12,969 bases of DNA from a virus (Duplodnaviria; Heunggongvirae; Uroviricota; Caudoviricetes), in the IMG/VR virus record IMGVR_UViG_2529292908_000006, positions 1 through 12,969 of that record; one strand, given 5' to 3'. Below, one piece after another: positions 1-7,228 of the stretch. The translations under genes and the position numbers were made by a program. The notes below the pieces were generated by a model. It did not search any database and had not been told where the DNA came from. It worked only from the letters and a program-made list of their open reading frames with translations. Within the stretch, counting starts at the first letter, position 1, and the number at the start of each line of letters is the position of its first letter.

Positions 1-1254
1 ATGCTGGAACAAATGGGCATTGCCGCGAAGCAAGCCTCGTATAAATTAGCGCAACTCTCCAGCCGCGAAAAAAATCGCGTGCTGGAAAAAATCGCCGATG
101 AACTGGAAGCACAAAGCGAAATCATCCTCAACGCTAACGCCCAGGATGTTGCTGACGCGCGAGCCAATGGCCTTAGCGAAGCGATGCTTGACCGTCTGGC
201 ACTGACGCCCGCACGGCTGAAAGGCATTGCCGACGATGTACGTCAGGTGTGCAACCTCGCCGATCCGGTGGGGCAGGTAATCGATGGCGGCGTACTGGAC
301 AGCGGCCTGCGTCTTGAGCGTCGTCGCGTACCGCTGGGGGTTATTGGCGTGATTTATGAAGCGCGCCCGAACGTGACGGTTGATGTCGCTTCGCTGTGCC
401 TGAAAACCGGTAATGCGGTGATCCTGCGCGGTGGCAAAGAAACGTGTCGCACTAACGCTGCAACGGTGGCGGTGATTCAGGACGCCCTGAAATCCTGCGG
501 CTTACCGGCGGGTGCCGTGCAGGCGATTGATAATCCTGACCGTGCGCTGGTCAGTGAAATGCTGCGTATGGATAAATACATCGACATGCTGATCCCGCGT
601 GGTGGCGCTGGTTTGCATAAACTGTGCCGTGAACAGTCGACAATCCCGGTGATCACAGGTGGTATAGGCGTATGCCATATTTACGTTGATGAAAGTGTAG
701 AGATCGCTGAAGCATTAAAAGTGATCGTCAACGCGAAAACTCAGCGTCCGAGCACATGTAATACGGTTGAAACGTTGCTGGTGAATAAAAACATCGCCGA
801 TAGCTTCCTGCCCGCATTAAGCAAACAAATGGCGGAAAGCGGCGTGACATTACACGCAGATGCAGCTGCACTGGCGCAGTTGCAGGCAGGCCCTGCGAAG
901 GTGGTTGCTGTTAAAGCCGAAGAGTATGACGATGAGTTTCTGTCATTAGATTTGAACGTCAAAATCGTCAGCGATCTTGACGATGCCATCGCCCATATTC
1001 GTGAACACGGCACACAACACTCCGATGCGATCCTGACCCGCGATATGCGCAACGCCCAGCGTTTTGTTAACGAAGTGGATTCGTCCGCTGTTTACGTTAA
1101 CGCCTCTACGCGTTTTACCGACGGCGGCCAGTTTGGTCTGGGTGCGGAAGTGGCGGTAAGCACACAAAAACTCCACGCGCGTGGCCCAATGGGGCTGGAA
1201 GCACTGACCACTTACAAGTGGATCGGCATTGGTGATTACACCATTCGTGCGTAA
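1..1254 (+). CDS. proA: gamma-glutamyl phosphate reductase (glutamate-5-semialdehyde dehydrogenase), complete 417 aa
   Basis: ATG at 1, TAA at 1252-1254. Translation ([18 protein letters not shown] ... [12 protein letters not shown]) matches my recollection of enterobacterial ProA in length and termini. Chromosomal context proA then thrW is the known E. coli arrangement. Confidence 0.95.
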
Positions 1255-1368
1255 ATAAAACCGGGTGATGCAAAAGTAGCCATTTGATTCACAAGGCCAT
1301 TGACGCATCGCCCGGTTAGTTTTAACCTTGTCCACCGTGATTCACGTTCGTGAACATGTCCTTTCAGG

Positions 1369-1444
1369 GCCGATATAGCTCAGTTGGTAGAGCAGCGCAT
1401 TCGTAATGCGAAGGTCGTAGGTTCGACTCCTATTATCGGCACCA
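1369..1444 (+). tRNA. thrW: tRNA-Thr, anticodon CGU, 76 nt with encoded CCA
   Basis: GCCGATATAGCTCAGTTGGTAGAGCAGCGCATTCGTAATGCGAAGGTCGTAGGTTCGACTCCTATTATCGGCACCA: acceptor stem GCCGATA/TATCGGC, D-loop AGCTCAGTTGGTAGAGC, anticodon loop with CGT at 1402-1404, T-arm GGTTCGACTCC. Sits directly downstream of proA. Confidence 0.93.
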
Positions 1445-1458
1445 TTTAAATCAATAAG

Positions 1459-2620
1459 TTACACATCATTAGTACCTTCCTTATTTTTTGACTGGGACGA
1501 ATTTGGGACCGATGGGTTCAGGATCGAGTCTATTTGCCGTGCGTGTTCGGTAAGGTGATTAGGTGCAAGGTGAGCATATCGACGAACCATTTCGATAGAC
1601 TCCCAGCCTCCCATTTCCTGTAACACTGACAACGGGACTCCGGCTTGAACCAGCCAACTTGCCCAGGTGTGTCTCAAGTCGTGAAATCTGAAATCATCAA
1701 TACCAGCCCGTCTCAGCGCCGCTTTCCAGGCTGTGTTTGCGTCATACCGCATCTTCCTTACTGTTGGCGCTTTCGTTCCGTCTGGTTTGGTACAGCTTTC
1801 CTTGTACACAAATACCCAACGGTGATGATTCCCGATTTGTTTTTCAAAACGCGACATGCAGTATCATTCAGCGCAACGCCAATTGCGCGGTTTGATTTAC
1901 TCTCTTCCGGGTTTATCCATGCCACCCGGCGCTGCATATCTATTTGTTGCCATTCAAGGTTGATGATGTTCGAGCGTCTTAAGCCTGTTGCCAGTGCAAA
2001 TTCAACAACAGACTTTAATGGCTCCGGACATTCATCAATCAGCCTTTGTGCTTCATGGGGCTCCAGCCAGCGGATCCGTTTATTCTTTGGTTGAGGCACT
2101 TTAATAATTGGTGCCTTATCCAGCATTTTCCATTCACGCTCTGCGGCTCTTAGTAGGGCCTTTATAAATGAAAGATGCGTAGCCTTCGTTGCAACGGACG
2201 CTGGTTTTGGCGTGTATTCTGGAACAGGTTTCCCTTTTTTCTGCATGCTTCTGCCCTGAGTTTCCAGTTTTCCTCATGACGCCGGTTCGTCATTTTTTGC
2301 ATTGCTGAATAAATTTTTGATTCAGTAATGTCTCTTAGTTGCATTCCTGCGAAATGTTGAAGCCAGAATCCGATCCGGCTTTTGTCATCGTCCAGTGATT
2401 TTTTATGTGCTTTCTCTTCAAGCCACCTGACACACGCTTCCTCGAACGTTATATCAGGTATTTCACCAAGTTTGCTGACCCGCCATGCTTCAGCCTTTAG
2501 CTTGTCATGGAGTTCTGTCGCCTGCCTTTTGTCCTTTGTTCCAAGAGACTGTTTAAATCTTTTACCGTTCGGCAATGTGAAACTGGCGTACCATATTTCA
2601 CCTCTGCGGAAGAGTGACAT
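1459..2620 (-). pseudogene. phage tyrosine integrase split into three frames by two single-base deletions in A-runs
   Basis: Three overlapping minus-strand ORFs (2620..2162, 2246..1758, 1857..1459) read as one integrase: N-term [15 protein letters not shown]-term catalytic motif [11 protein letters not shown] ... VRRYAHL. Frame breaks at cagaaaaaagggaaacct (about 2225-2245; ggaaacc where ggaaaacc would restore frame) and ttttgaaaaacaaatc (about 1836-1851; A5 where A6 would restore frame). Stop lies 14 nt from the thrW 3' end. Homopolymer sequencing error cannot be excluded. Confidence 0.75.
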
Positions 2621-2847
2621 TTTCTTTCCTCTGTTATGCCATCACCCGCGCTCACCTGGACAGTATGCAGCGGAGACTGAAGAGCCGCAATGCAGGCTTG
2701 TCGTGTTGTGAGGTAAGGAGATTTATTCTTAGTGGGATCTTTGCGTGTTGCCTGAAGACGCCCTGTGCGTATCCAGTTAATGGCAGTCGGTCTGGATATC
2801 TTGAGAAAATGACAGGCCTCATCGAGTGTGAGGCTGTATGGCTCCAT
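2497..2847 (-). CDS. excisionase-like small HTH DNA-binding protein (Xis), 116 aa as read
   Basis: ATG at 2847..2845 preceded by SD-like AGAGGTGA; overlaps the upstream stop as TAATG. N-terminal [26 protein letters not shown] resembles AlpA/Xis-type HTH. Immediately upstream of int; 3' end overlaps the int start by about 124 nt, so the C-terminal tail may not be native. Confidence 0.6.
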   Translation of the reverse strand: MEPYSLTLDEACHFLKISRPTAINWIRTGRLQATRKDPTKNKSPYLTTRQACIAALQSPLHTVQVSAGDGITEERKCHSSAEVKYGTPVSHCRTVKDLNSLLEQRTKGRRQNSMTS

Positions 2848-3152
2848 TATTTCACCTCTTGCTGTGACATTGTTGAGAAATGGATACCAGCTCGTTGCTG
2901 CCAGACGATCCAACCGAGAGTCATATCCCATGCCATGTATTCGTTATCGCCGTTTTTTGCTCTCCGACGATCTACTAAGTCACCAAAACGCTTTTCCATG
3001 AATAATTCATAAGCTTCGCGTTCATCTGGTTCTACTTCCAGAGATAGGAGTGCGATTTCATAAGCACGGCGCTCAATATCGTCTCGCACGTCAAGGCTGC
3101 TGATACGCTCTTTAATTTCTTTAATCAGTTCTTTGTCGGTAAAAGTGGTCAT
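2847..3152 (-). CDS. yfdT: prophage early protein of unknown function, 101 aa, YfdT-like
   Basis: ORF with SD (GGAG) before ATG 3152..3150; TAATG stop/start overlaps at both ends imply translational coupling. Position and size match my recollection of the CPS-53 yfdPQRST operon; not verified by search. Confidence 0.6.
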   Translation of the reverse strand: MTTFTDKELIKEIKERISSLDVRDDIERRAYEIALLSLEVEPDEREAYELFMEKRFGDLVDRRRAKNGDNEYMAWDMTLGWIVWQQRAGIHFSTMSQQEVK

Positions 3153-3514
3153 TATGCTCCAGCCTCCGGTGCTTTTGGCATTACTGCCCAGTGAGTGATA
3201 TTGACGTTTTCAAGGTCCCCGACCTGAAATGTCCACTGCCATTCTCCGGTTTCTTTTTGTCCCCAGGTGTACCAGAGAGAACGCCAGCCAATTAGCCAGC
3301 CTTCTCCGTTAGCATCGAATAACAAAACACTTTCATTTGCTGGTGGCAGTTCAGTTGACACTGGTATTACTTTGTTTTCCTGTGCTGCACATTTAGCTTC
3401 AAGCGCATCGAATTTACGCACCAGGTATTCAGCATCTGTTTCATTTACTTTCAGATCTCGCGGTACACATCTCCCACGAAGAAACCCTTCCATTTCGAAA
3501 ACATTCATGCGCAT
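3152..3514 (-). CDS. yfdS: prophage early protein of unknown function, 120 aa, YfdS-like
   Basis: ATG at 3514..3512 with GGAG about 9 nt upstream; overlaps the upstream gene's stop by 10 nt; Trp-rich C-terminal half. Assignment by order and size only. Confidence 0.6.
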   Translation of the reverse strand: MRMNVFEMEGFLRGRCVPRDLKVNETDAEYLVRKFDALEAKCAAQENKVIPVSTELPPANESVLLFDANGEGWLIGWRSLWYTWGQKETGEWQWTFQVGDLENVNITHWAVMPKAPEAGA

Positions 3515-4041
3515 TTGCGTAACTCCGATAACTCGTTAAAGCGTTCCATAAACATCCCGTAGGCATGGCCCGGTGCCAGTGGAATCACGTTGAACATCTC
3601 TGTTGCCGGGATACCTTCCAGTACAGGCCAGAAAGAGCCATCATCAAGCCCGAGATCGCGGCGTTCGGTTGCCAGCATGATGAGATCGGCATATTTCACG
3701 GGCGTACTCATAACTGGGGGTAACCCGTATTTCTCACGGATTACGGCGTCTATTTTTTCTTCCATTTGTTTATAGTCAGGAAGAAGGCGTTTCAGTGGTG
3801 CGGGAATGTCCTGGCAATACGCTTCTGTTGCATCATGCATTAACGCTTCAAAAGCAAATTCCTGCGGCACCAACTGGCTGCAAAGAACCGCATGTTGGGC
3901 GACGCTGTAGAAGTGCGAAAGATGACCGGCAAAGCGACAGATATTTGAAAGGGAAACCGCGATATCGTTAATATCGATGTCGTCTTTATTTATCCTGTCA
4001 TAATAAAAATGCTTCCCGGAAAAAGTTTTAATAAATGACAT
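3505..4041 (-). CDS. yfdR: HD-domain phosphohydrolase (5'-deoxynucleotidase-like), 178 aa, YfdR-like
   Basis: Start chosen at ATG 4041..4039 (MSFIKTFSGKHFYY) because it has SD GGAGA 7-8 nt upstream; the longer ORF from 4068 has none. Contains spaced His and His-Asp motifs (VAQHAV ... LMHDATEAY) typical of HD hydrolases. Confidence 0.7.
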   Translation of the reverse strand: MSFIKTFSGKHFYYDRINKDDIDINDIAVSLSNICRFAGHLSHFYSVAQHAVLCSQLVPQEFAFEALMHDATEAYCQDIPAPLKRLLPDYKQMEEKIDAVIREKYGLPPVMSTPVKYADLIMLATERRDLGLDDGSFWPVLEGIPATEMFNVIPLAPGHAYGMFMERFNELSELRKCA

Positions 4042-4134
4042 TTTGTTCTCCACGTATATGCGCTGCACCGCGCTGAATTCTGGTAAAAAGAATCCCTCAC
4101 CATCCGGCGATTATTGAGTAAATTACGTTTCCAT

Positions 4135-4156
4135 AAATGCCCCCGCAGGGGCATTT
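4135..4156 (-). other. intercistronic RNA hairpin with 9-bp stem and UNCG-type loop (not followed by a U-tract)
   Basis: aaatgcccc-cgca-ggggcattt between the yfdQ-like stop (4169) and yfdR-like start (4041). On the minus-strand transcript the loop reads UGCG. No U-run follows, so likely a stability or processing element rather than a terminator. Confidence 0.4.
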
Positions 4157-4168
4157 GCAGTAATGAAA

Positions 4169-4993
4169 TCAGGCGGTGAAAGTACCAATAAAGGTTTCTA
4201 CTTTGCTGTCCTTGAATTTCTCAACAAGCAGATCACGAAATTCGTTAGCCATTTCTTCCTGCACCGCCTCCAGCTGAATAATGCGCAGAACCAGTACAGG
4301 ACGATCGCCAGTGATAATACTGAGGCGTAATTTAAACGGACGTTCTTTCAGACCTTCAAACGGAACGCATTTAAATTCAAATGCCACTGGCATAATGTCT
4401 TTGGTCTTCGCTTCGACAGACTCCATCAGGGAGCGTTTGCCGCTGAAGTCATTATCTTCAAAATCAGCGGTCTGGTTTGCTTCAATCGTGATTTTACGGA
4501 CAGCCGCAGCCGCTTTTGTTGCCTGAATAGCGTCACCATTAGCATCAAAGCCCACAAGATAGTCGGCCCAGTCTTCAATCCATTCTGCCAGTGACTTCTG
4601 GGAGTTACGCTCGCCGTTAACAGACAACAGAGCAGAGAACGGTGCTGTCTTTTTCAGTTTGAGTGTGGCGGTGTTATCTGCGTGACCTGGTTCATCAATA
4701 GTACCCAGGTTAAGCACACTGACGGCACGCATATTATCAGCATCGATAAAGCAGCGGGTGCCTTCATCTGCAAGATCTTTAGAATAACGGGTAAAGTCAT
4801 CGATGCTGGTAGTGGAAAGCGCACCACGGAAACGGAAGCGATTTAAATTAAATTTTTCCAGATCATGAATGCGGAAATTCTCAGGCAATGCCACAGCATC
4901 GGCACCAATCTTACTGATAATTTCATTAACACCCTGAGCAGAAATAAGGGCATGGATTTGATTAATTGCGGTTGCGTCTAAGTTCTGAGACAT
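4169..4993 (-). CDS. yfdQ: prophage early protein of unknown function, 274 aa, YfdQ-like
   Basis: Long clean ORF; ATG 4993..4991 preceded by GAGGA about 8 nt upstream. Size and position match my recollection of YfdQ. Confidence 0.65.
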   Translation of the reverse strand: MSQNLDATAINQIHALISAQGVNEIISKIGADAVALPENFRIHDLEKFNLNRFRFRGALSTTSIDDFTRYSKDLADEGTRCFIDADNMRAVSVLNLGTIDEPGHADNTATLKLKKTAPFSALLSVNGERNSQKSLAEWIEDWADYLVGFDANGDAIQATKAAAAVRKITIEANQTADFEDNDFSGKRSLMESVEAKTKDIMPVAFEFKCVPFEGLKERPFKLRLSIITGDRPVLVLRIIQLEAVQEEMANEFRDLLVEKFKDSKVETFIGTFTA

Positions 4994-5058
4994 AATAAGT
5001 CCTCACTATATAAAGATATTCAGTGATGAGATAAATAATCAGTTAATTAAAAACGATA

Positions 5059-5421
5059 TTAACGACCTGCTGCGCGGAGTTTTCCGTCAGGTTCACCGGC
5101 AAGAGTCAGTAACTGTCCCTGGTCTTCCTGCAGAATAGTCAGGCGACCACCGCGATTGACATACATCGGCGTTTCGGTGGTGTCTTCTTCGGAAATTTTC
5201 CCGCGGTTAGTCGGGCGAACATATGAGAGTTTGTGTTTGATTTTCACACGGTTCTCATCAAATGGTTCGATTTCCAGGTTGAGTGAGACCTTACCTTTGG
5301 TTTTCGTGTTCATCACACCGGAAGCGACTTCACTGAGAACTGCGCCGATTTTGGTTTCAAATACGCCGCCGTCCAGCTCCCCGATAAATGCCTGCACATC
5401 AGTACTGCGTTCGCTAGCCAT
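5059..5421 (-). CDS. yfdP: prophage early protein of unknown function, 120 aa, YfdP-like
   Basis: Start at ATG 5421..5419 (MASERSTDVQAF) with SD GAGGAG about 9 nt upstream. The ORF track extends to 5739, but the extension is Arg/Cys-rich, lacks an SD and overlaps a structured GC-rich segment, so I treat it as non-coding. Confidence 0.65.
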   Translation of the reverse strand: MASERSTDVQAFIGELDGGVFETKIGAVLSEVASGVMNTKTKGKVSLNLEIEPFDENRVKIKHKLSYVRPTNRGKISEEDTTETPMYVNRGGRLTILQEDQGQLLTLAGEPDGKLRAAGR

Positions 5422-5470
5422 TTTGCTGCTCCTCATCATATCGACCCTGCAAGGTCGGTTGGTTTCTCCA

Positions 5471-5557
5471 CAAAACAGAGAAGAACACCTGCGGTGACTG
5501 CCGCCCGGATGGATTGGGTTATGAGCCCGTCGTCCGGTGATGTTCTTCTCTGTTTTG
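5471..5557. other. long imperfect hairpin (19 bp stem, 3-nt bulge, 46-nt loop) inside a GC-rich non-coding segment; candidate structured RNA or regulated terminator
   Basis: caaaacagagaagaacacc (5471-5489) pairs with ggtg-atg-ttcttctctgttttg (5536-5557). Region 5440-5760 is open in several frames on both strands with no convincing start or SD. Confidence 0.4.
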
Positions 5558-5859
5558 TAAAAAGAGCGATACCAGCCGGAAGCAAGTGTACAAACTGGTA
5601 CCGCGAGGACTACACACAGCATAAAGTTGTGGTACCGGGTGCCTCCCGGTGCCTGGCGAAGGTTGCACACCAGGCGGGTGGGTATCCACAGAAGGTCGAC
5701 TGTCAGCCTCAACCTTAACCCGCGTGCGCTGAGCCGCATTCACCACAACGCTAAGGATTCTCTCTGGTTGAAAATACTTAGCTGTTATGTGCCTGTCTTT
5801 TCACCACTTCAGGCTCGGTGGTATCTTGGTGTTTTCATATAGCCAAGAAGGAAATAGTT

Positions 5860-6051
5860 ATGACCAAAGAAGAAAAAATTCTTTATTTATTCCAACTATC
5901 GGTTAAGACACACACTGCATATCAGACTGCTGCCATGACATCAGATAAAAATTACAGTACGTCAGAAAACCCGATAGACGACATAAGCAAGCTTTACGAT
6001 AAGTTCGAAGCACTACTCGATAAAAAGTTTGCTGAGGCTGGGCTTGAGTGA
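5860..6051 (+). CDS. small hypothetical protein, 63 aa, acidic and probably helical, AT-rich
   Basis: ATG at 5860 with SD AAGGAAA 8 nt upstream; TGA at 6049-6051. MTKEEKILYLFQLSVKTHTAYQTAAMTSDKNYSTSENPIDDISKLYDKFEALLDKKFAEAGLE. Antisense to the surrounding early-left operon; 3' end overlaps the convergent minus-strand ORF by 39 bp. Confidence 0.5.
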   Translation: MTKEEKILYLFQLSVKTHTAYQTAAMTSDKNYSTSENPIDDISKLYDKFEALLDKKFAEAGLE

Positions 6052-6219
6052 TTGTTGAATAATCGACAAAACCCAACTTAAATTTTCGTCAGTGGGCTCG
6101 ATGCCATGTGCGGTGAGCTCACTTTTCAAAACTCCAAGCAATTCAGAGCTGATTTTCAATATATCTGCTTGATTTCTAACTATTCCCACTTTTTCCTCCC
6201 TTGGTCTACGCGCGGTCAT
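6013..6219 (-). CDS. small hypothetical protein, first ORF downstream of the pL-like promoter (68 aa from ATG 6219; 58 aa from internal GTG 6189, which has a strong SD)
   Basis: ATG at 6219 has no SD. GTG at 6189..6187 is preceded by GGGAGG with a 5-nt spacer (minus strand gaccaagggaggaaaaagtg). N-terminus from the ATG is Arg-rich (MTARRPREEK). No family recognised. Confidence 0.45.
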   Translation of the reverse strand: MTARRPREEKVGIVRNQADILKISSELLGVLKSELTAHGIEPTDENLSWVLSIIQQSLKPSLSKLFIE

Positions 6220-6396
6220 GTTTTACGCCCAAACGACTTCACAGTTATTGTTTAAAATCTGGACTTTCATTTCATACACCTGCTTTAACATGAGTGCCTA
6301 GTGGCACAACATGACTCAACGAATCATCCTGGACTTCATATGCCCCAGGCGGCTACTTCGTGGGCGTCCTGCCTGTTCGTTGTTTCTCTTGGGTAC

Positions 6397-6424
6397 ATTA
6401 TGTATCTCAAAGGTACATTGTCAA
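6397..6424 (-). promoter_or_regulatory. pL-like sigma70 promoter for the early-left operon, with an operator-like 8-5-8 inverted repeat in the spacer
   Basis: Minus strand: -35 TTGACA (rc of 6419-6424), 16-nt spacer, -10 CATAAT (rc of 6397-6402). Candidate operator TATGTATC-tcaaa-GGTACATT (6399-6419) shares the GTAC-core half-sites of the OR operators. Confidence 0.55.
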
Positions 6425-6428
6425 GTAT

Positions 6429-6450
6429 AAAAAAACCTGCCGAAGCAGGT
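6429..6450 (-). terminator. intrinsic terminator ending the cI transcript
   Basis: Minus-strand RNA ACCUGC-UUCG-GCAGGU followed by a U-run of about 7 (plus-strand A-run 6429-6435), 14 nt after the cI stop at 6464-6466. Confidence 0.7.
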
Positions 6451-6463
6451 TCATAAACATTGA

Positions 6464-7138
6464 TTAGGCTTTGATTTTGTATCTTCTTGGTTTTCCTGAG
6501 AAAATCACTGTACCAATTATAGAGCAATTACCGTTGATCTTAATGTAAGGCTCAGGCCAGTTTGGGTTTAACGCTTTGAGATAACGCTGTGTCCCATCTT
6601 CTATTAACCTTTTGAAGGTGGTTTCACCTGTATCGTGCATCAATGCAATAACGTCGTCACCGTGGCAGGCAGGTACTTCAGGATCGACAAAAATCATGTC
6701 TCCCGGGCGGTACTCATCAATCATTGAATCACCTATCACCCGCAAGATATAAGTCATTTCCCCACAGGGTACAGGGCAGGGATACGTTTCTGCTGTGCTC
6801 AAATCAACCTCAGAATATCCAACTTCTTTCCATGCTCCGGCCTGTACCCATGATATGACAGGGACTAATGTGATTTGTTTATTAGTGATTGAAACATCAG
6901 GTTTTTTTGTGATGTTCGTTGTCTGGTGTTCTTGATCGAGCCATCCGACAGGTAGGTCGAAACATTTTTCGATGTGTCGTGCCATGCTGTCACCGATATT
7001 TTTAGTAGCACCATCTCCCATAAACCTGCTGGTCTGGGTTGGCTCGCGATCAATCATAGTGGCAAAGGAAGAATTCCCGCCAACACCATCTCTCAGTTTT
7101 CTGGCGTTAGACCGCCGGATGTCATGGATTGTTTTCAT
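6464..7138 (-). CDS. cI-like prophage repressor, 224 aa, N-terminal DNA-binding domain plus LexA/S24 autopeptidase domain
   Basis: C-terminal domain has the Ser motif (VIGDSMIDEYRPGDMIFVDPE) and downstream Lys (TTFKRL), and resembles P22 C2 / lambda cI as I recall them (LNPNWPEPYIKINGNCSIIG). Divergent from a Cro-like gene across an operator-containing intergenic region; own terminator downstream. Confidence 0.85.
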   Translation of the reverse strand: MKTIHDIRRSNARKLRDGVGGNSSFATMIDREPTQTSRFMGDGATKNIGDSMARHIEKCFDLPVGWLDQEHQTTNITKKPDVSITNKQITLVPVISWVQAGAWKEVGYSEVDLSTAETYPCPVPCGEMTYILRVIGDSMIDEYRPGDMIFVDPEVPACHGDDVIALMHDTGETTFKRLIEDGTQRYLKALNPNWPEPYIKINGNCSIIGTVIFSGKPRRYKIKA

Positions 7139-7153
7139 AACGAAATTAAAACC

Positions 7154-7225
7154 CTTGTACCGTTAAGGTACAAGTATCTTGAAGGTTCATTTCAATCATG
7201 TAATATGTACACCGGAGGTACATAT
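7154..7225. promoter_or_regulatory. OR-like divergent control region: two inverted-repeat operators and a pR-like promoter for the Cro-like gene
   Basis: O1 CTTGTACC-gttaa-GGTACAAG (7154-7174); O2 ATATGTAC-accggag-GTACATAT (7203-7225). Plus-strand -35 TTGAAG (7179-7184), 16-nt spacer, -10 TAATAT (7201-7206); O2 overlaps the -10 and start site. GGAGG at 7214-7218 is the SD for ATG 7229. Confidence 0.6.
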
Positions 7226-7228
7226 TGT

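Noticed and set aside
741-1335. Minus-strand ORFs (741..1052, 946..1335) inside and just after proA
   Set aside because: Antisense to a well-supported conserved gene, no SD, odd composition; shadow ORFs of GC-rich coding DNA.
1645-3012. Plus-strand ORFs 1645..2094, 2382..2711, 2614..3012 antisense to int, xis and the yfdT-like gene
   Set aside because: They overlap strongly supported minus-strand genes, lack SDs and have Cys/Ser-rich low-complexity translations.
3267-5497. Plus-strand ORFs 3267..3539, 3590..3775, 4281..4526, 5156..5497 within the early operon
   Set aside because: Antisense to the yfdS/R/Q/P-like genes with no ribosome-binding sites; the minus-strand genes explain the region.
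5440-5760. Retron msr/msd or type III toxin-antitoxin RNA as an explanation for the structured segment
   Set aside because: No reverse transcriptase gene anywhere in the window and no tandem direct repeats of the type III kind; the structure is a single long hairpin plus local stems.
5422-5842. Upstream extension of the yfdP-like ORF to 5739 and overlapping ORFs 5494..5718 (+), 5519..5746 (-), 5627..5842 (+)
   Set aside because: Several mutually overlapping frames open at once indicates GC-rich non-coding sequence; none has a credible start or SD and the translations are Arg/Pro/Cys-rich. Reported as a structured-RNA candidate instead.
6336-6527. Minus-strand ORF across the cI 3' end, terminator and pL-like promoter
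   Set aside because: It spans a terminator and promoter and overlaps the cI stop region; no SD. A 7-codon leader ORF (ATGAAGTCCAGGATGATTCGTTGA, about 6324-6347 minus strand) was also noted but is too short to assess.
6865-7166. ORFs 6865..7053 (-), 6972..7166 (+) and the 5' part of 6974..7402 (+)
   Set aside because: Out-of-frame or antisense overlaps of the cI gene. Only the 3' part of 6974..7402, from ATG 7229 with its GGAGG SD, is taken as real (the Cro-like gene).
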